Source: Nitrospirales bacterium (GTDB taxonomy: Bacteria; Nitrospirota; Nitrospiria; Nitrospirales; UBA8639). From it: a DNA stretch of 64,000 nucleotides. The position numbers and the translations under genes are program-made. Under the pieces are notes generated by a model. That model had not been told where the DNA came from. It did not search any database and saw nothing but the letters and a program-made list of their open reading frames with translations. The DNA lies in contig CBDCWC010000002.1 in assembly GCA_965223295.1 (NCBI GenBank), positions 960,001 through 1,024,000 of the forward strand, read 5' to 3'. Numbering within the stretch: position 1 is the first letter of the stretch; the number at the start of each line of letters is the position of its first letter. This document shows positions 9,337 to 18,804 of this stretch, piece by piece.

Positions 9337-10889
9337 GATTGTCCCTCCCCACTTGTCATCGATAGATTGCCAGGAGGAGGAACGGTCTCTATCATTCCAA
9401 CGACACGATTTGTGGGTTGAAACAGGGTTTTTGCCACACGCCGGATATCCTCTTTGGTGACAGAATCAAAGCGGGAAATATAGCGAAAAAGTTCCCGCCA
9501 ATCCCCAAACAACATATGATAATCCGTCATATGCATGGCCAACCCTAAGTTATTATTGAGCGCACGAAGAAGACCGGCCTTTGCGCGTGTCCGAAATCGC
9601 GCCAATTCTTCATCCGACACGTCCTGAGTAATAAGCTTATCGAATTCGTCACGAAGTGCCTCTTGCACGACCTGATTTGATACGCCACGACCAGGGACTC
9701 CATACGCTAACCACACATGGGGATATTTATCGCCAGGATACGCGCCATAAGCCCCAACTGATACCGCAATCTGTTTATCCCGCACCAATGACCGATATAA
9801 CCGGGATGTTCGTCCATTCGTCAAAATATCATCTATCGCATCATATACCGGTTGATCCACATGGGTCACGGCTGGCTTATGATATCCCTCTAAGTAGAGG
9901 GGCTGTGAGGGATCCTTCAGAATTACGATTTTTTCCGTAATAGATGCCGGCTCAACTGTGCGAATAGGTAGTGGTGGAGAGCCTGCCGGAATCCGTCCAA
10001 AGTATTGTTCCAAAAGAGGAACAACCTCCTCGGGCTGAATGTCCCCGACAATCGCCGTCACCATATTCGATGGCACATAATGTTTTTCATAAAACTCTTT
10101 CGCATCGGTCATCGTGTAGGATTGAATATCACTAGCATACCCAATAACCGGATGGTGATAGGGATGTGCCATAAAAGCAGTGGAGACAAATTGTTCCAGC
10201 AACCGTCCAAACGGCTGACTTTCTGTACGTAGGCGGCGCTCTTCCATCACCACATCCCGCTCTTCATAAAATTCTCGAAAAACTGGATTCAAAAATCGTT
10301 CGGATTCTAAATAAGCGAATAGTTCGACCTTGTTGGCAGGCAATGAATAAAAATAACCTGTGACATCCGCACCGGTAAACGCATTCAGGGCGACACCGCC
10401 TTCCCGCTCGATAATATCGCCGAACTCATTTTTTTTGACATATTGCGAGGCTTCTTTTTGGCGTGTCTTATACGTCTCAAATAACACTTGCACTTTTTCT
10501 GGATCGGCCGTTCGAGAAAGCTTTTCTCGTTGATAGGCTTGATAGGCTTCTTCTAAGGCTAATAAAGCCTTCTTTTCAGCTTCATAATTTTTTGTTCCTA
10601 TTTGTGGGGTTCCCTTAAACGCCATATGTTCAAACATATGGGCTAATCCTGTTTCTCCCGCACCTTCTTGAGCCGACCCTACATTCACTCTCGTGATAAA
10701 GGAAAAAACAGGAGCCACTGGGCGTTCAACCAGAATAAATGTCCACCCATTTTTTAACGTATGCTGCGTCACATGCTGTTCAAACGCACTCAGGTCTTGG
10801 GCCCAAGCCCTACTCACCAACAATAATCCGACCAGCATAATGACGGTCAAAGATCTGGCCGAATACTTGATCCAATCACCGACATGCAT
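9333..10889 (-). CDS. M16 peptidase, catalytic subunit
   Basis: TGLAHMFEHMAFKGT, NAFT, ERDVVMEERR, signal peptide. Confidence 0.9.
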   Translation of the reverse strand: MHVGDWIKYSARSLTVIMLVGLLLVSRAWAQDLSAFEQHVTQHTLKNGWTFILVERPVAPVFSFITRVNVGSAQEGAGETGLAHMFEHMAFKGTPQIGTKNYEAEKKALLALEEAYQAYQREKLSRTADPEKVQVLFETYKTRQKEASQYVKKNEFGDIIEREGGVALNAFTGADVTGYFYSLPANKVELFAYLESERFLNPVFREFYEERDVVMEERRLRTESQPFGRLLEQFVSTAFMAHPYHHPVIGYASDIQSYTMTDAKEFYEKHYVPSNMVTAIVGDIQPEEVVPLLEQYFGRIPAGSPPLPIRTVEPASITEKIVILKDPSQPLYLEGYHKPAVTHVDQPVYDAIDDILTNGRTSRLYRSLVRDKQIAVSVGAYGAYPGDKYPHVWLAYGVPGRGVSNQVVQEALRDEFDKLITQDVSDEELARFRTRAKAGLLRALNNNLGLAMHMTDYHMLFGDWRELFRYISRFDSVTKEDIRRVAKTLFQPTNRVVGMIETVPPPGNLSMTSGEGQS

Positions 10890-11027
10890 TCAGGACCACC
10901 TCGTGTTAAAGAATAAAGTTGATCGATTCATTTCATTTATCCTACCCAGGAAAGAAGAATCGTGGCAAGCAACCCGCACTTCCTAAACGTGGTTCTACAA
11001 ATATACAGGACAACCAATTGACAAGCT

Positions 11028-11672
11028 TTATGCGTAACGATCATTCTCCCAGGGCAACGCAGTATTAGAGTAGCCACGCACCTCCCAAAAGCCTTTCTGA
11101 TCGCGATCCAAGAAGGTAATTTTTTTAATCCATTTAGCACCTTTCCAGGCATAACGCTTCGGCACGATCACCCGCACGGGTCCGCCATGGTCTTTACTCA
11201 ATGGCCGGTCCCTCCAATGCGTGGTCAATAGCACATCATCATCGTCACAGACGCCCAACGGCAAATTTGTCGTGTAATCATCATATGATTCGAACAAGAT
11301 GAACTTGGCCGAAGAAAGAGGGCGTACAATCTCCAGGACATGCTGAAACTTCACGCCTGTCCAATCATTGTCCAACATGCTCCAGGTTGTCACACAGTGA
11401 AAATCGGCATGAACGTGTGACATGGGTTGTGCTTGAAAGTCTTCCCATGTCCATGTCACAGGATTGGCCACAAAACCATCTATCGTTAACGTCCACTCCG
11501 CTAAGTCAATTTCCGGTTTATAACCCAAATCCAAAACGGGGAAATTATTCACCAGATGTTGGCCTTCCGGCAGACGCTCATCTTGGGGTTCATCCACTTC
11601 ACGGCATGAAAATTCACGACGATGCTGCGCTATCTTCTGCTTGGCTTTCACAATGTTATTGAGAGGTTCCAT
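11028..11672 (-). CDS. Sulfite oxidase-like molybdopterin-dependent oxidoreductase (YuiH-like)
   Basis: RLPEGQH, DFHCVTTWS, HGGPVR, YAWKGAKW, GFWEVRGY. Confidence 0.85.
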   Translation of the reverse strand: MEPLNNIVKAKQKIAQHRREFSCREVDEPQDERLPEGQHLVNNFPVLDLGYKPEIDLAEWTLTIDGFVANPVTWTWEDFQAQPMSHVHADFHCVTTWSMLDNDWTGVKFQHVLEIVRPLSSAKFILFESYDDYTTNLPLGVCDDDDVLLTTHWRDRPLSKDHGGPVRVIVPKRYAWKGAKWIKKITFLDRDQKGFWEVRGYSNTALPWENDRYA

Positions 11673-11939
11673 ACCTGCCGCTCCTACCCTTAAAAGAATT
11701 CTAGTTTCCTACTTATCCTGATTATTTACAAAAATACCACTATTGAGAGTACCATAGGTCATCTGTCCAAGTGTAATGAATTGAATCGAAGTCTAGTCAC
11801 TCTCTAAAAAACTTGATACTATTCACTCTACGTGTTTATTAATTGCGTGGAACCGTTCGGCTCTTGGTCCCCCCTAGCTTCGCGCCATCTTTTCCAGCTA
11901 ACCCACTTCCATTCATTTTTGTCCGGGAGGATCAATCTC

Positions 11940-12488
11940 ATGACCGTCAAACAACTCGTTACAGTTTTGTGTTGTGCCACATTCGTCATCGCCCATTCCT
12001 ACACCCTCGTACTTGCCGACGATCAATACGGCACCACAGAAATGAGCATTTCTGATGGAAAAACCATTTCTATGGAATATACCCTGACCCTAGAAGATAA
12101 AAAAGTACTGGACACCAACGTGGGCGGGCAACCTTTGAACTTCACACAGGGTTCACACCAAATTATTCCTGGATTAGAAACCGCATTGGAAGGCATGAAG
12201 ATTGGTGAACAGAAACATGTTGCGGTGGAACCTGAGCAAGGCTATGGGCCAATCAATCCTCAAGCCGTACAAGAAGTTCCAATTGATCAAATCCCAGAGG
12301 ATGCACGTAAGGTGGGGGCCCAGTTACAAGGGAAAGATCCTCAAGGTCGAGTGGTACATCCCCGAGTCACGGAAGTGAAAGAACAGGTGGTGGTATTAGA
12401 CTTTAACCACCCATTGGCAGGGAAAAAACTGTTCTTTGATGTCAAGATCTTGGATATTCAAAATAGCAATGGAACACCGACGCCTTAG
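11940..12488 (+). CDS. FKBP-type (SlyD-like) peptidyl-prolyl isomerase with N-terminal signal peptide
   Basis: GSHQIIPGLE, PEQGYG, DFNHPLAGKKLFFDV. GGGAGG RBS precedes the ATG at 11940. Confidence 0.88.
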   Translation: MTVKQLVTVLCCATFVIAHSYTLVLADDQYGTTEMSISDGKTISMEYTLTLEDKKVLDTNVGGQPLNFTQGSHQIIPGLETALEGMKIGEQKHVAVEPEQGYGPINPQAVQEVPIDQIPEDARKVGAQLQGKDPQGRVVHPRVTEVKEQVVVLDFNHPLAGKKLFFDVKILDIQNSNGTPTP

Positions 12489-12500
12489 TTGAATCATGTG

Positions 12501-12537
12501 TGTCGAGAACCTCGCTTATAAAGCGAGGTTCTCGACA
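12501..12537. terminator. 17-bp perfect hairpin between convergent genes
   Basis: TGTCGAGAACCTCGCTT-ATA-AAGCGAGGTTCTCGACA. Confidence 0.7.
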
Positions 12538-12634
12538 TTGCCGTTAATTGAAGCAACGGCTTGGGGGAACCTTCTCATTCACAAATAGAAGGCCAATAGC
12601 CTTCAATCACAAGGCCAAAGGCACTGATCTCTCG

Positions 12635-13045
12635 TCAGGCAATGAGATTGTACATGGTGCCAGAATATGCGGGGGTTTCGAGACCTAGGACTTGCGCCAC
12701 AACCACACCCAATTCTTGAAATCCTGTCGGTTTGTCAAGTATAGCCACGACACCCTTTCGAAGAAATTCCGTCCGTTCTTCTTCCGTAACGGTCCCACTA
12801 TGAATAACAATCGGAATGTCGCGAAACTCAAGTCGACTCTTTAAATGAACAAGAAACTCAATGCCATTCATAACCGGCATATGGCTATCAGTTATGATCA
12901 CATCAACGAGTTGTTCTCTCTCTAAAAGAGCTAGAGCTTCAGCTCCATGACTAGACTCCTCACACCAATACCCTTCTAGTTCAAAAAAGCCCTTTAGCGC
13001 ATTTCTGAGAATAGGATGATCATCAACGATAAGAACTCGTTTCAT
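12635..13045 (-). CDS. Single-domain response regulator (receiver)
   Basis: VLIVDD, ITDSHMPVMNG, KP motif. Confidence 0.9.
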   Translation of the reverse strand: MKRVLIVDDHPILRNALKGFFELEGYWCEESSHGAEALALLEREQLVDVIITDSHMPVMNGIEFLVHLKSRLEFRDIPIVIHSGTVTEEERTEFLRKGVVAILDKPTGFQELGVVVAQVLGLETPAYSGTMYNLIA

Positions 13046-13116
13046 AATTGATGCAGGCTCCAGTTCCTGATCAACCTACAAGGGGTTTAAAGTTTAAATT
13101 CTGCCAAGCTCTTGGA

Positions 13117-13473
13117 TTAGATTTCGTTCAAATGCGCCACAGCCGATTTGGCATGGGTCGTTGCTACATCGGCATGTCCAGCTTTTCCATGGGCAATGGC
13201 TTCCCCTAACTCAGCAATTCCGGCAGTTAAGTGAGGGTTACTCATTTCATTTCCTGCAGCTTGCGCATGTTGAAGAGAGACTTCGGCATGAGTGACAATC
13301 GCATCAGCATGCCCCATACCGCCATGCTCAACAGCTTCCTGCGCATGAGTAATGGCTTCTGTTACATGCGGATTATGTGCTCCCTTGTCACTGGCATGAC
13401 TTGCACATCCAACAACAAATAGGCCAAATAGAGCCATCACCAAAAGACCGGTTTTCCACTGAGACTGATACAT
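13117..13473 (-). CDS. smbP: Small metal-binding protein SmbP-like, predicted lipoprotein
   Basis: His/Ala heptad repeats (HVTEAITHAQEAVEHG...HAEVSLQHA...HAKSAVAHL). AAGGAGG RBS before ATG 13473, VVGC lipobox. Confidence 0.8.
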   Translation of the reverse strand: MYQSQWKTGLLVMALFGLFVVGCASHASDKGAHNPHVTEAITHAQEAVEHGGMGHADAIVTHAEVSLQHAQAAGNEMSNPHLTAGIAELGEAIAHGKAGHADVATTHAKSAVAHLNEI

Positions 13474-13661
13474 AATGACCTCCTTAGTTAGTTTGATAAC
13501 AATGATGAAAGCAATATATTTTCTTTCTGGCGTAGTGGTATCATAATTCTTCCACTTTGTAAAGTTAATTATGTTAAAAGTAGCAAAAATGATTTCTTCA
13601 ATACTTTTCCCTTTCAACAGTACCATTGCCTCTCACTCTCAACTGAGGAGGAGCTTCGCAG

Positions 13662-14300
13662 ATGTTTCAACAATTTAAATCACGCCAAGAGCAAGTCTTA
13701 TCCATCCTACAACATCATAAAGCGGGGCTCACCATTGATGATCTGGTTTCCCTACTCGAAATTTCCCGCACTGCCGTGAATCAGCATATAGTGAACTTGG
13801 AACGGGATGGCATGATAAAAAAAGGGGTTCAACAAAAAAGCACCGGCGGGCGTCCTGGCTGGACTTATCAAATTACGGATGAAGGGATCAACCGCCTTCC
13901 CAAACAATATTCCTGGTTCTCAGAATTGCTTCTGGATACGCTGAAGGACGAATTCGGGAGCAAGCAGCTGGAAAATTACGTCAAAAAAGTCGCCGCCTCA
14001 CTGATTCCACAACTTCGAGCGCAATTAAAAGGCCAAGACGTGAAGGAGCATGTTCAACAAGTCGCCGACCTGCTTCAAAGCCTTGGCTATCAGGCGCAAA
14101 CGACCCCCGCCCCGTCAGACAAAGAATTGCCAGTGCTCACGGCACATAACTGCGTCTACCATGATCTGGCCATCAAGCACCCGGAGGTCTGCGCCTTCGA
14201 TGTGGCCCTACTCGAACACCTCATCAATCACAAAGTCGAACAACAAGAATGCATGGCCAAAGGCGGCCACACCTGCCGCTTCGCCTTTTCCCCAGACTAA
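13662..14300 (+). CDS. HTH transcriptional regulator with Cys-rich C-terminal domain (SufR-like)
   Basis: N-terminal HTH (ISRTAVNQH...GGRP), C-terminal HNC..C..C..C motif. Confidence 0.75.
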   Translation: MFQQFKSRQEQVLSILQHHKAGLTIDDLVSLLEISRTAVNQHIVNLERDGMIKKGVQQKSTGGRPGWTYQITDEGINRLPKQYSWFSELLLDTLKDEFGSKQLENYVKKVAASLIPQLRAQLKGQDVKEHVQQVADLLQSLGYQAQTTPAPSDKELPVLTAHNCVYHDLAIKHPEVCAFDVALLEHLINHKVEQQECMAKGGHTCRFAFSPD

Positions 14301-14354
14301 CGCCATAGGGCACACATTCCACCAAACACCGCCCCTCTGCCAAAAATCAAACTT

Positions 14355-15566
14355 TCAATCAGCATGCAACACTTCGACAGGATCGATGTGGATGGCGCGG
14401 CGAGCAGGCGCGACACCGGACAACAGTCCAGTGCCAATAGCTACCAGCAATCCAATAACCAGATAATGCTCATCCAAGAATATGGGTAAACCAGGAAGGA
14501 TAAACGTTAAGATGAGAGCTCCCGCTATTCCAAGAAAGACTCCAAGAACTCCTCCCAAAACTGCAAGCATCACCGATTCAACTAGAAAAATGGAAAAAAT
14601 TTGTCGAGGCGGAGCCCCCATGGCTCGCAACAGACCAATTTCCGAGACACGTTCGCCTACCGATATCCACATCATTGTCATAATACCCAGTGCCCCCACA
14701 ACAAGTGAGATCCCAGCTATCCCCGCTGCGGCTAAGGTGACAATACGCATGATTTCATCTAACGACTCCAGCATGGCCGCCTGGGTAGTAATGCTGAAAT
14801 CTTCGGTCCCATGATGGCGATCGATTAAGATGCGTCGAACCGCTTCTACGATGCGATCTACCATATGCGCTGATTGATACGCTACATCAATCTCCATAAG
14901 TTCCGCCATGTTAAACATCCGCATGGCGTTGGCCACCGGCACATACACTGCATCATCTAAATCATAACCCAGAATTTGCCCCTTCGGAGCTAACACCCCT
15001 ACCACACGAAACCGATATCCAGCGATGCGAATAATTTCTCCCAGTGGATTTCGGTCGCCGAAGAGTTCCCGTTTCATTTTCGGACCAAGCACGGTCACCG
15101 AGGTTAGTCGATTCACATCTCCTCTGGGCAAAAATTTGCCTTGGCCAACCGTAAAATGCCACACGCCCGGCATGGCCCCTGTCACGCCAAATACATTGAC
15201 ACTCCGACCCTTTCCTTTTGCTTCCACTCGCCCTGTGCCCATCGCCATGGGCACCACATCCTGCACACCTGGGATACGCAATAAAGCCTCCGCATCCTCT
15301 AGGGTGAGTTGATGCGTCGTCCCACCTAAGATGCCGGGGATGCCCAGCGTCTTCGTTTTTCCTGGGTTGACCGCCAAAATATTCGTACCAAATTGAGTAA
15401 ATTGAGCTAAGACAAAATAACGTGTGCCTTCTCCAATGGCGGTTAACAGAACAACTGCAGCCACTCCGATGGCGATGCCTATAAGAGAAAGAATAGACCG
15501 GAGCCGATGTGCCCACACCGCTCCGCCTGCAAATCGTATAAGATCAGTAACGTTCATCGTTATCAC
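14355..15566 (-). CDS. MacB/FtsX-type ABC transporter permease
   Basis: LRSILSLIGIAIGV, ERVSEIGLLRAMGA, PARRA..DPVEVL. Confidence 0.9.
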   Translation of the reverse strand: MITMNVTDLIRFAGGAVWAHRLRSILSLIGIAIGVAAVVLLTAIGEGTRYFVLAQFTQFGTNILAVNPGKTKTLGIPGILGGTTHQLTLEDAEALLRIPGVQDVVPMAMGTGRVEAKGKGRSVNVFGVTGAMPGVWHFTVGQGKFLPRGDVNRLTSVTVLGPKMKRELFGDRNPLGEIIRIAGYRFRVVGVLAPKGQILGYDLDDAVYVPVANAMRMFNMAELMEIDVAYQSAHMVDRIVEAVRRILIDRHHGTEDFSITTQAAMLESLDEIMRIVTLAAAGIAGISLVVGALGIMTMMWISVGERVSEIGLLRAMGAPPRQIFSIFLVESVMLAVLGGVLGVFLGIAGALILTFILPGLPIFLDEHYLVIGLLVAIGTGLLSGVAPARRAIHIDPVEVLHAD

Positions 15567-15567
15567 A

Positions 15568-16767
15568 TCACCGTCGTTGCAAAGCTAGTATCGGATCAAG
15601 CTTCGCCGCCCGTCGAGCAGGGACCACTCCGAAGATTCCCCCTAAGATCATCGCCATCCCTAAGGCACCCCCGACGGCCCATACCGGAGGAGAAGCTGGG
15701 ATATCCGGATACCACCACGTCAAGACATGCACGCCGCTTAACCCAATTGCAAGCCCAACGATTCCTCCAAGTCCTGCTAACATCACGGCTTCCACCAGAA
15801 AGACGCCTAAAATATTTCTACGCGTCGCCCCTAGAGCTCGGAGTAAACCAATCTCTTCTCTTCGCTCCGATACTGTGACCAGCATCACATTCATGATGCC
15901 AATTCCTGCAACGGTCAAAGAAATAGCTCCAATGGCCACTAGCACTAAGGTCAGCGTCTGTAAGATCGACGAGAATGTGGAAATAACCGATTGTTGCGTA
16001 ATACAGGTGACATCTTCTTCATCATGTCGTTCACGCAGAACGGCAAGGACTTGATTGCAGGCATCATCTAAATCTTTTGGGGAACGCACCTTCACAATGA
16101 TTCGGAAAAGAGACGTTCGGTTAAACATCTTCATGCCCGTCGCGACGGGAACAATAACCACCTCATCCATCTTGAATCCCAATTGCTTGCCAATCTCATC
16201 CAGCACACCAATCACACGCATTCGCCATTCGCCGACTCGAATCACTTGTCCCACGGCATGTTGTCCAGGAAATAACTCACGCGCCACCATGTACCCAATG
16301 ACCGCAACAGGGGAGCCCCGTTCGACATCAGTTGGAGGGAGAAACTGTCCTTGAGCCACCTGTAGCTCGCGTGCCTGCAAAAATTCTGGAACACTCCCGA
16401 TAACAGCCACCTGTCGCCGACGTTCACCAAAGCTCACCGTTTCGGTTCCCATTGAGACGGGCACTATATATTGAGCGGAATGAATCGTTCGTCGAAGGGC
16501 TAACAAGTCCTGTAAGGTCAAATCATGCGGGACACCCCCCATCCCTGGGATCGTGCCCGTGGTTTCTGTTTTTCCTGGAAGAACTGTCAACAGGTTACTG
16601 CCGATTGAGGTAAATTCTTGAATGACATAATGCCGAGCCCCTTCCCCTAGTGCCGTTAAGGCCACGACTGCCGCCACGCCCACGGCCACACCTATCACGC
16701 TAAGCGTTGTCCGCAACCGATGGCCGGCTATGGCCGACCAGGCTAGGAACAACAGATCCAACAGCAT
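15568..16767 (-). CDS. MacB/FtsX-type ABC transporter permease (paralog)
   Basis: Same motifs as the neighbour (GIGIMNVMLVTVSERREEIGLLRALGA). Confidence 0.9.
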   Translation of the reverse strand: MLLDLLFLAWSAIAGHRLRTTLSVIGVAVGVAAVVALTALGEGARHYVIQEFTSIGSNLLTVLPGKTETTGTIPGMGGVPHDLTLQDLLALRRTIHSAQYIVPVSMGTETVSFGERRRQVAVIGSVPEFLQARELQVAQGQFLPPTDVERGSPVAVIGYMVARELFPGQHAVGQVIRVGEWRMRVIGVLDEIGKQLGFKMDEVVIVPVATGMKMFNRTSLFRIIVKVRSPKDLDDACNQVLAVLRERHDEEDVTCITQQSVISTFSSILQTLTLVLVAIGAISLTVAGIGIMNVMLVTVSERREEIGLLRALGATRRNILGVFLVEAVMLAGLGGIVGLAIGLSGVHVLTWWYPDIPASPPVWAVGGALGMAMILGGIFGVVPARRAAKLDPILALQRR

Positions 16768-16803
16768 GAAGGATTCCTCATCATGTTTTATGTACAAATT
16801 GTT

Positions 16804-17511
16804 CTAGGAAAAAGGCATGGAGCCAGGAGACATATCTTCACCATTAAACCGTTTCACAATTTGACCGTCGGCCAATACCAGAACTCGATTGGCCCGTCGT
16901 GCGAGATCAGCATCGTGCGTCACCACAATCATCGTCAACCCCTTGGCATTCAGTGCTTCTAGGAGGTCCATAATTTGATGCCCAGAATGTGTGTCTAAAT
17001 TTCCCGTGGGTTCATCCGCCAGCAAGAGTGAGGGTTGCATAATCATAGCTCTGGCAATCACCACCCGCTGGCGCTGTCCCACCGATAACTGATTGGGCCG
17101 ATGATGGATCCGATCGGACAACCCCACCGAATCAAGGGCGTCCCTGGCACGTTGTTGTCGTTCTGATGAGGGAATGCCCGCAAACACCATGGGCAATGCC
17201 ACATTCCCTAGAGCCGTCAACCGGGGGACAAGATGAAAGGATTGAAAGATAAAGCCAATCTGTTGTTGACGAACATGACTGAGGGCCAGATCATCCAACT
17301 GGCTGACGTCTTTGCCATTGAACAGATAGGCACCTTCACTAGGACGGAGTAAACACCCAATGATGTTGAGTAAGGTCGACTTACCGGATCCAGATGGCCC
17401 GATAATAGCCACATACTCTCCGGCTTGAATCTGCTCATTGGCATCCCGAAGGGCAAAGATGGGTTGCCCTCCAACCTCGTAGCATTTGACAATATGTTGA
17501 AGTTCTATCAC
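16804..17511 (-). CDS. ABC transporter ATP-binding protein (MacB/LolD-like)
   Basis: GPSGSGKS, LSVGQRQR, LLADEPTGNLD. Confidence 0.93.
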   Translation of the reverse strand: MIELQHIVKCYEVGGQPIFALRDANEQIQAGEYVAIIGPSGSGKSTLLNIIGCLLRPSEGAYLFNGKDVSQLDDLALSHVRQQQIGFIFQSFHLVPRLTALGNVALPMVFAGIPSSERQQRARDALDSVGLSDRIHHRPNQLSVGQRQRVVIARAMIMQPSLLLADEPTGNLDTHSGHQIMDLLEALNAKGLTMIVVTHDADLARRANRVLVLADGQIVKRFNGEDMSPGSMPFS

Positions 17512-18665
17512 CGCTTGTCAGGGAAGGAACGCACCACAACCGGAAGACCCTCTTCCAATCCTTCTTGATCTAATGACGTCACCACCTGATCATGTTCAGA
17601 AAGTCCACTCAGAACTTCCACAAAATCCCAATTCCTCATACCGATTTTCACAGATCGAATGGCAAGCCTGTCGTTCTCAACCACAAAAACCTTCTGGCCT
17701 TCAAACAAGGTAGAGGGTGGAACACGAAGAACGTTCTTCTTCACCGCCAGAATAACTTCCACATCGGCCGATGTCCCTGGCAGCAAGGCGGACGCAAACG
17801 CTGCATCGTTGAGTTCCACTTCTATTTCCACCGTACGATTCTGTTCCTCCACATCCAAGACATAAGGCGCAAGGTGCTGCACGTGCCCGTCATAATGCTG
17901 ACCCGGAAACGCATCGAGGGTCACTCGTACAGGTTGTTCCTTGTGAATTTTGGATGAATCAACCTCATCCATGGGCGCACTAATATAAATAGAGGAAGGA
18001 TCGATTAAATCCAAAACAGGTGGAACAGGCAACGCCGGAGGCGAAGGAGTCGTCCATTCCCCTACTTCAACATCTAACTCTGCAATGACCCCATCAAACG
18101 GCGCAGTCAAGATCGTTTTGGACAACTCTGCATTGGCTTCATGAATGGCTGAACGCGCACGAGCAATTTCCGCATGGGATTGTTTGCAGGAAACTTTAGT
18201 GGTCTGTGCTAGATTTTCGTATTTATCCAAAAAATCAGTGGAGACTAAATCACGCTCCTTCAATTGCTGATAGCGAAGATACTCTCGTTCTGAGCGCGCG
18301 GCTTCCAAACAAGCCCGTTCTTTCTTCACCTCCACAACTGCCAATTCTTGCTTGGCCATCTGAACGGCGGCTCGTTGAGAATTATCGTGCACGCGAAGGA
18401 GCACATCACCGGCGTGCACGCGCGCACCTTTTCTATGGGGAATCTCCGCAATTCGCCCTCCAATCTCCGGAGATAACTTAGCTCGTTGCCGAGCCTTTAC
18501 CGTTCCCGCGCGTGAATTGGTAACGGTCTCTTCAACGGTTCCCCGTTCCACCGAGATCACCGACACTGACGTTGGGCTTGGCGTCAATAACCAAATTTTT
18601 AGAAAAACTCCTATCCCTACGAGACCAAGAATACTGGCCACCCTTATTATCCAATGTTTCATCAC
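17508..18665 (-). CDS. Efflux periplasmic adaptor (MacA/HlyD-like MFP)
   Basis: N-terminal TM segment, lipoyl halves (GGRIAEI...LTAPFDGVI), helical hairpin. In an operon with the ABC genes. Confidence 0.88.
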   Translation of the reverse strand: MMKHWIIRVASILGLVGIGVFLKIWLLTPSPTSVSVISVERGTVEETVTNSRAGTVKARQRAKLSPEIGGRIAEIPHRKGARVHAGDVLLRVHDNSQRAAVQMAKQELAVVEVKKERACLEAARSEREYLRYQQLKERDLVSTDFLDKYENLAQTTKVSCKQSHAEIARARSAIHEANAELSKTILTAPFDGVIAELDVEVGEWTTPSPPALPVPPVLDLIDPSSIYISAPMDEVDSSKIHKEQPVRVTLDAFPGQHYDGHVQHLAPYVLDVEEQNRTVEIEVELNDAAFASALLPGTSADVEVILAVKKNVLRVPPSTLFEGQKVFVVENDRLAIRSVKIGMRNWDFVEVLSGLSEHDQVVTSLDQEGLEEGLPVVVRSFPDKR

Positions 18666-18734
18666 AACAGTTTATCAGATCACAAAATAGTGCCAAAAAA
18701 TAAATGGTGATTTATATCAAGAAAGTCGCGCCGC

Positions 18735-18802
18735 CATTCCCGTGCAAACGAAAATCCAGAGTTCCATCTGCTTTTCTGGATACCCGCGTCCGCGGGTATG
18801 AC
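18735..18802. repeat. REP-like bipartite palindromic unit, copy 1
   Basis: CATTCCCGTGCAAACGAAAATCCAG...CTGGATACCCGCGTCCGCGGGTATGAC. A related copy lies at 31943-32017. Confidence 0.7.
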
Positions 18803-18804
18803 AA

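Noticed and set aside
13474-13626. N-terminal extension of the SmbP ORF
   Set aside because: AT-rich intergenic DNA. The strong RBS and signal peptide place the start at 13473.
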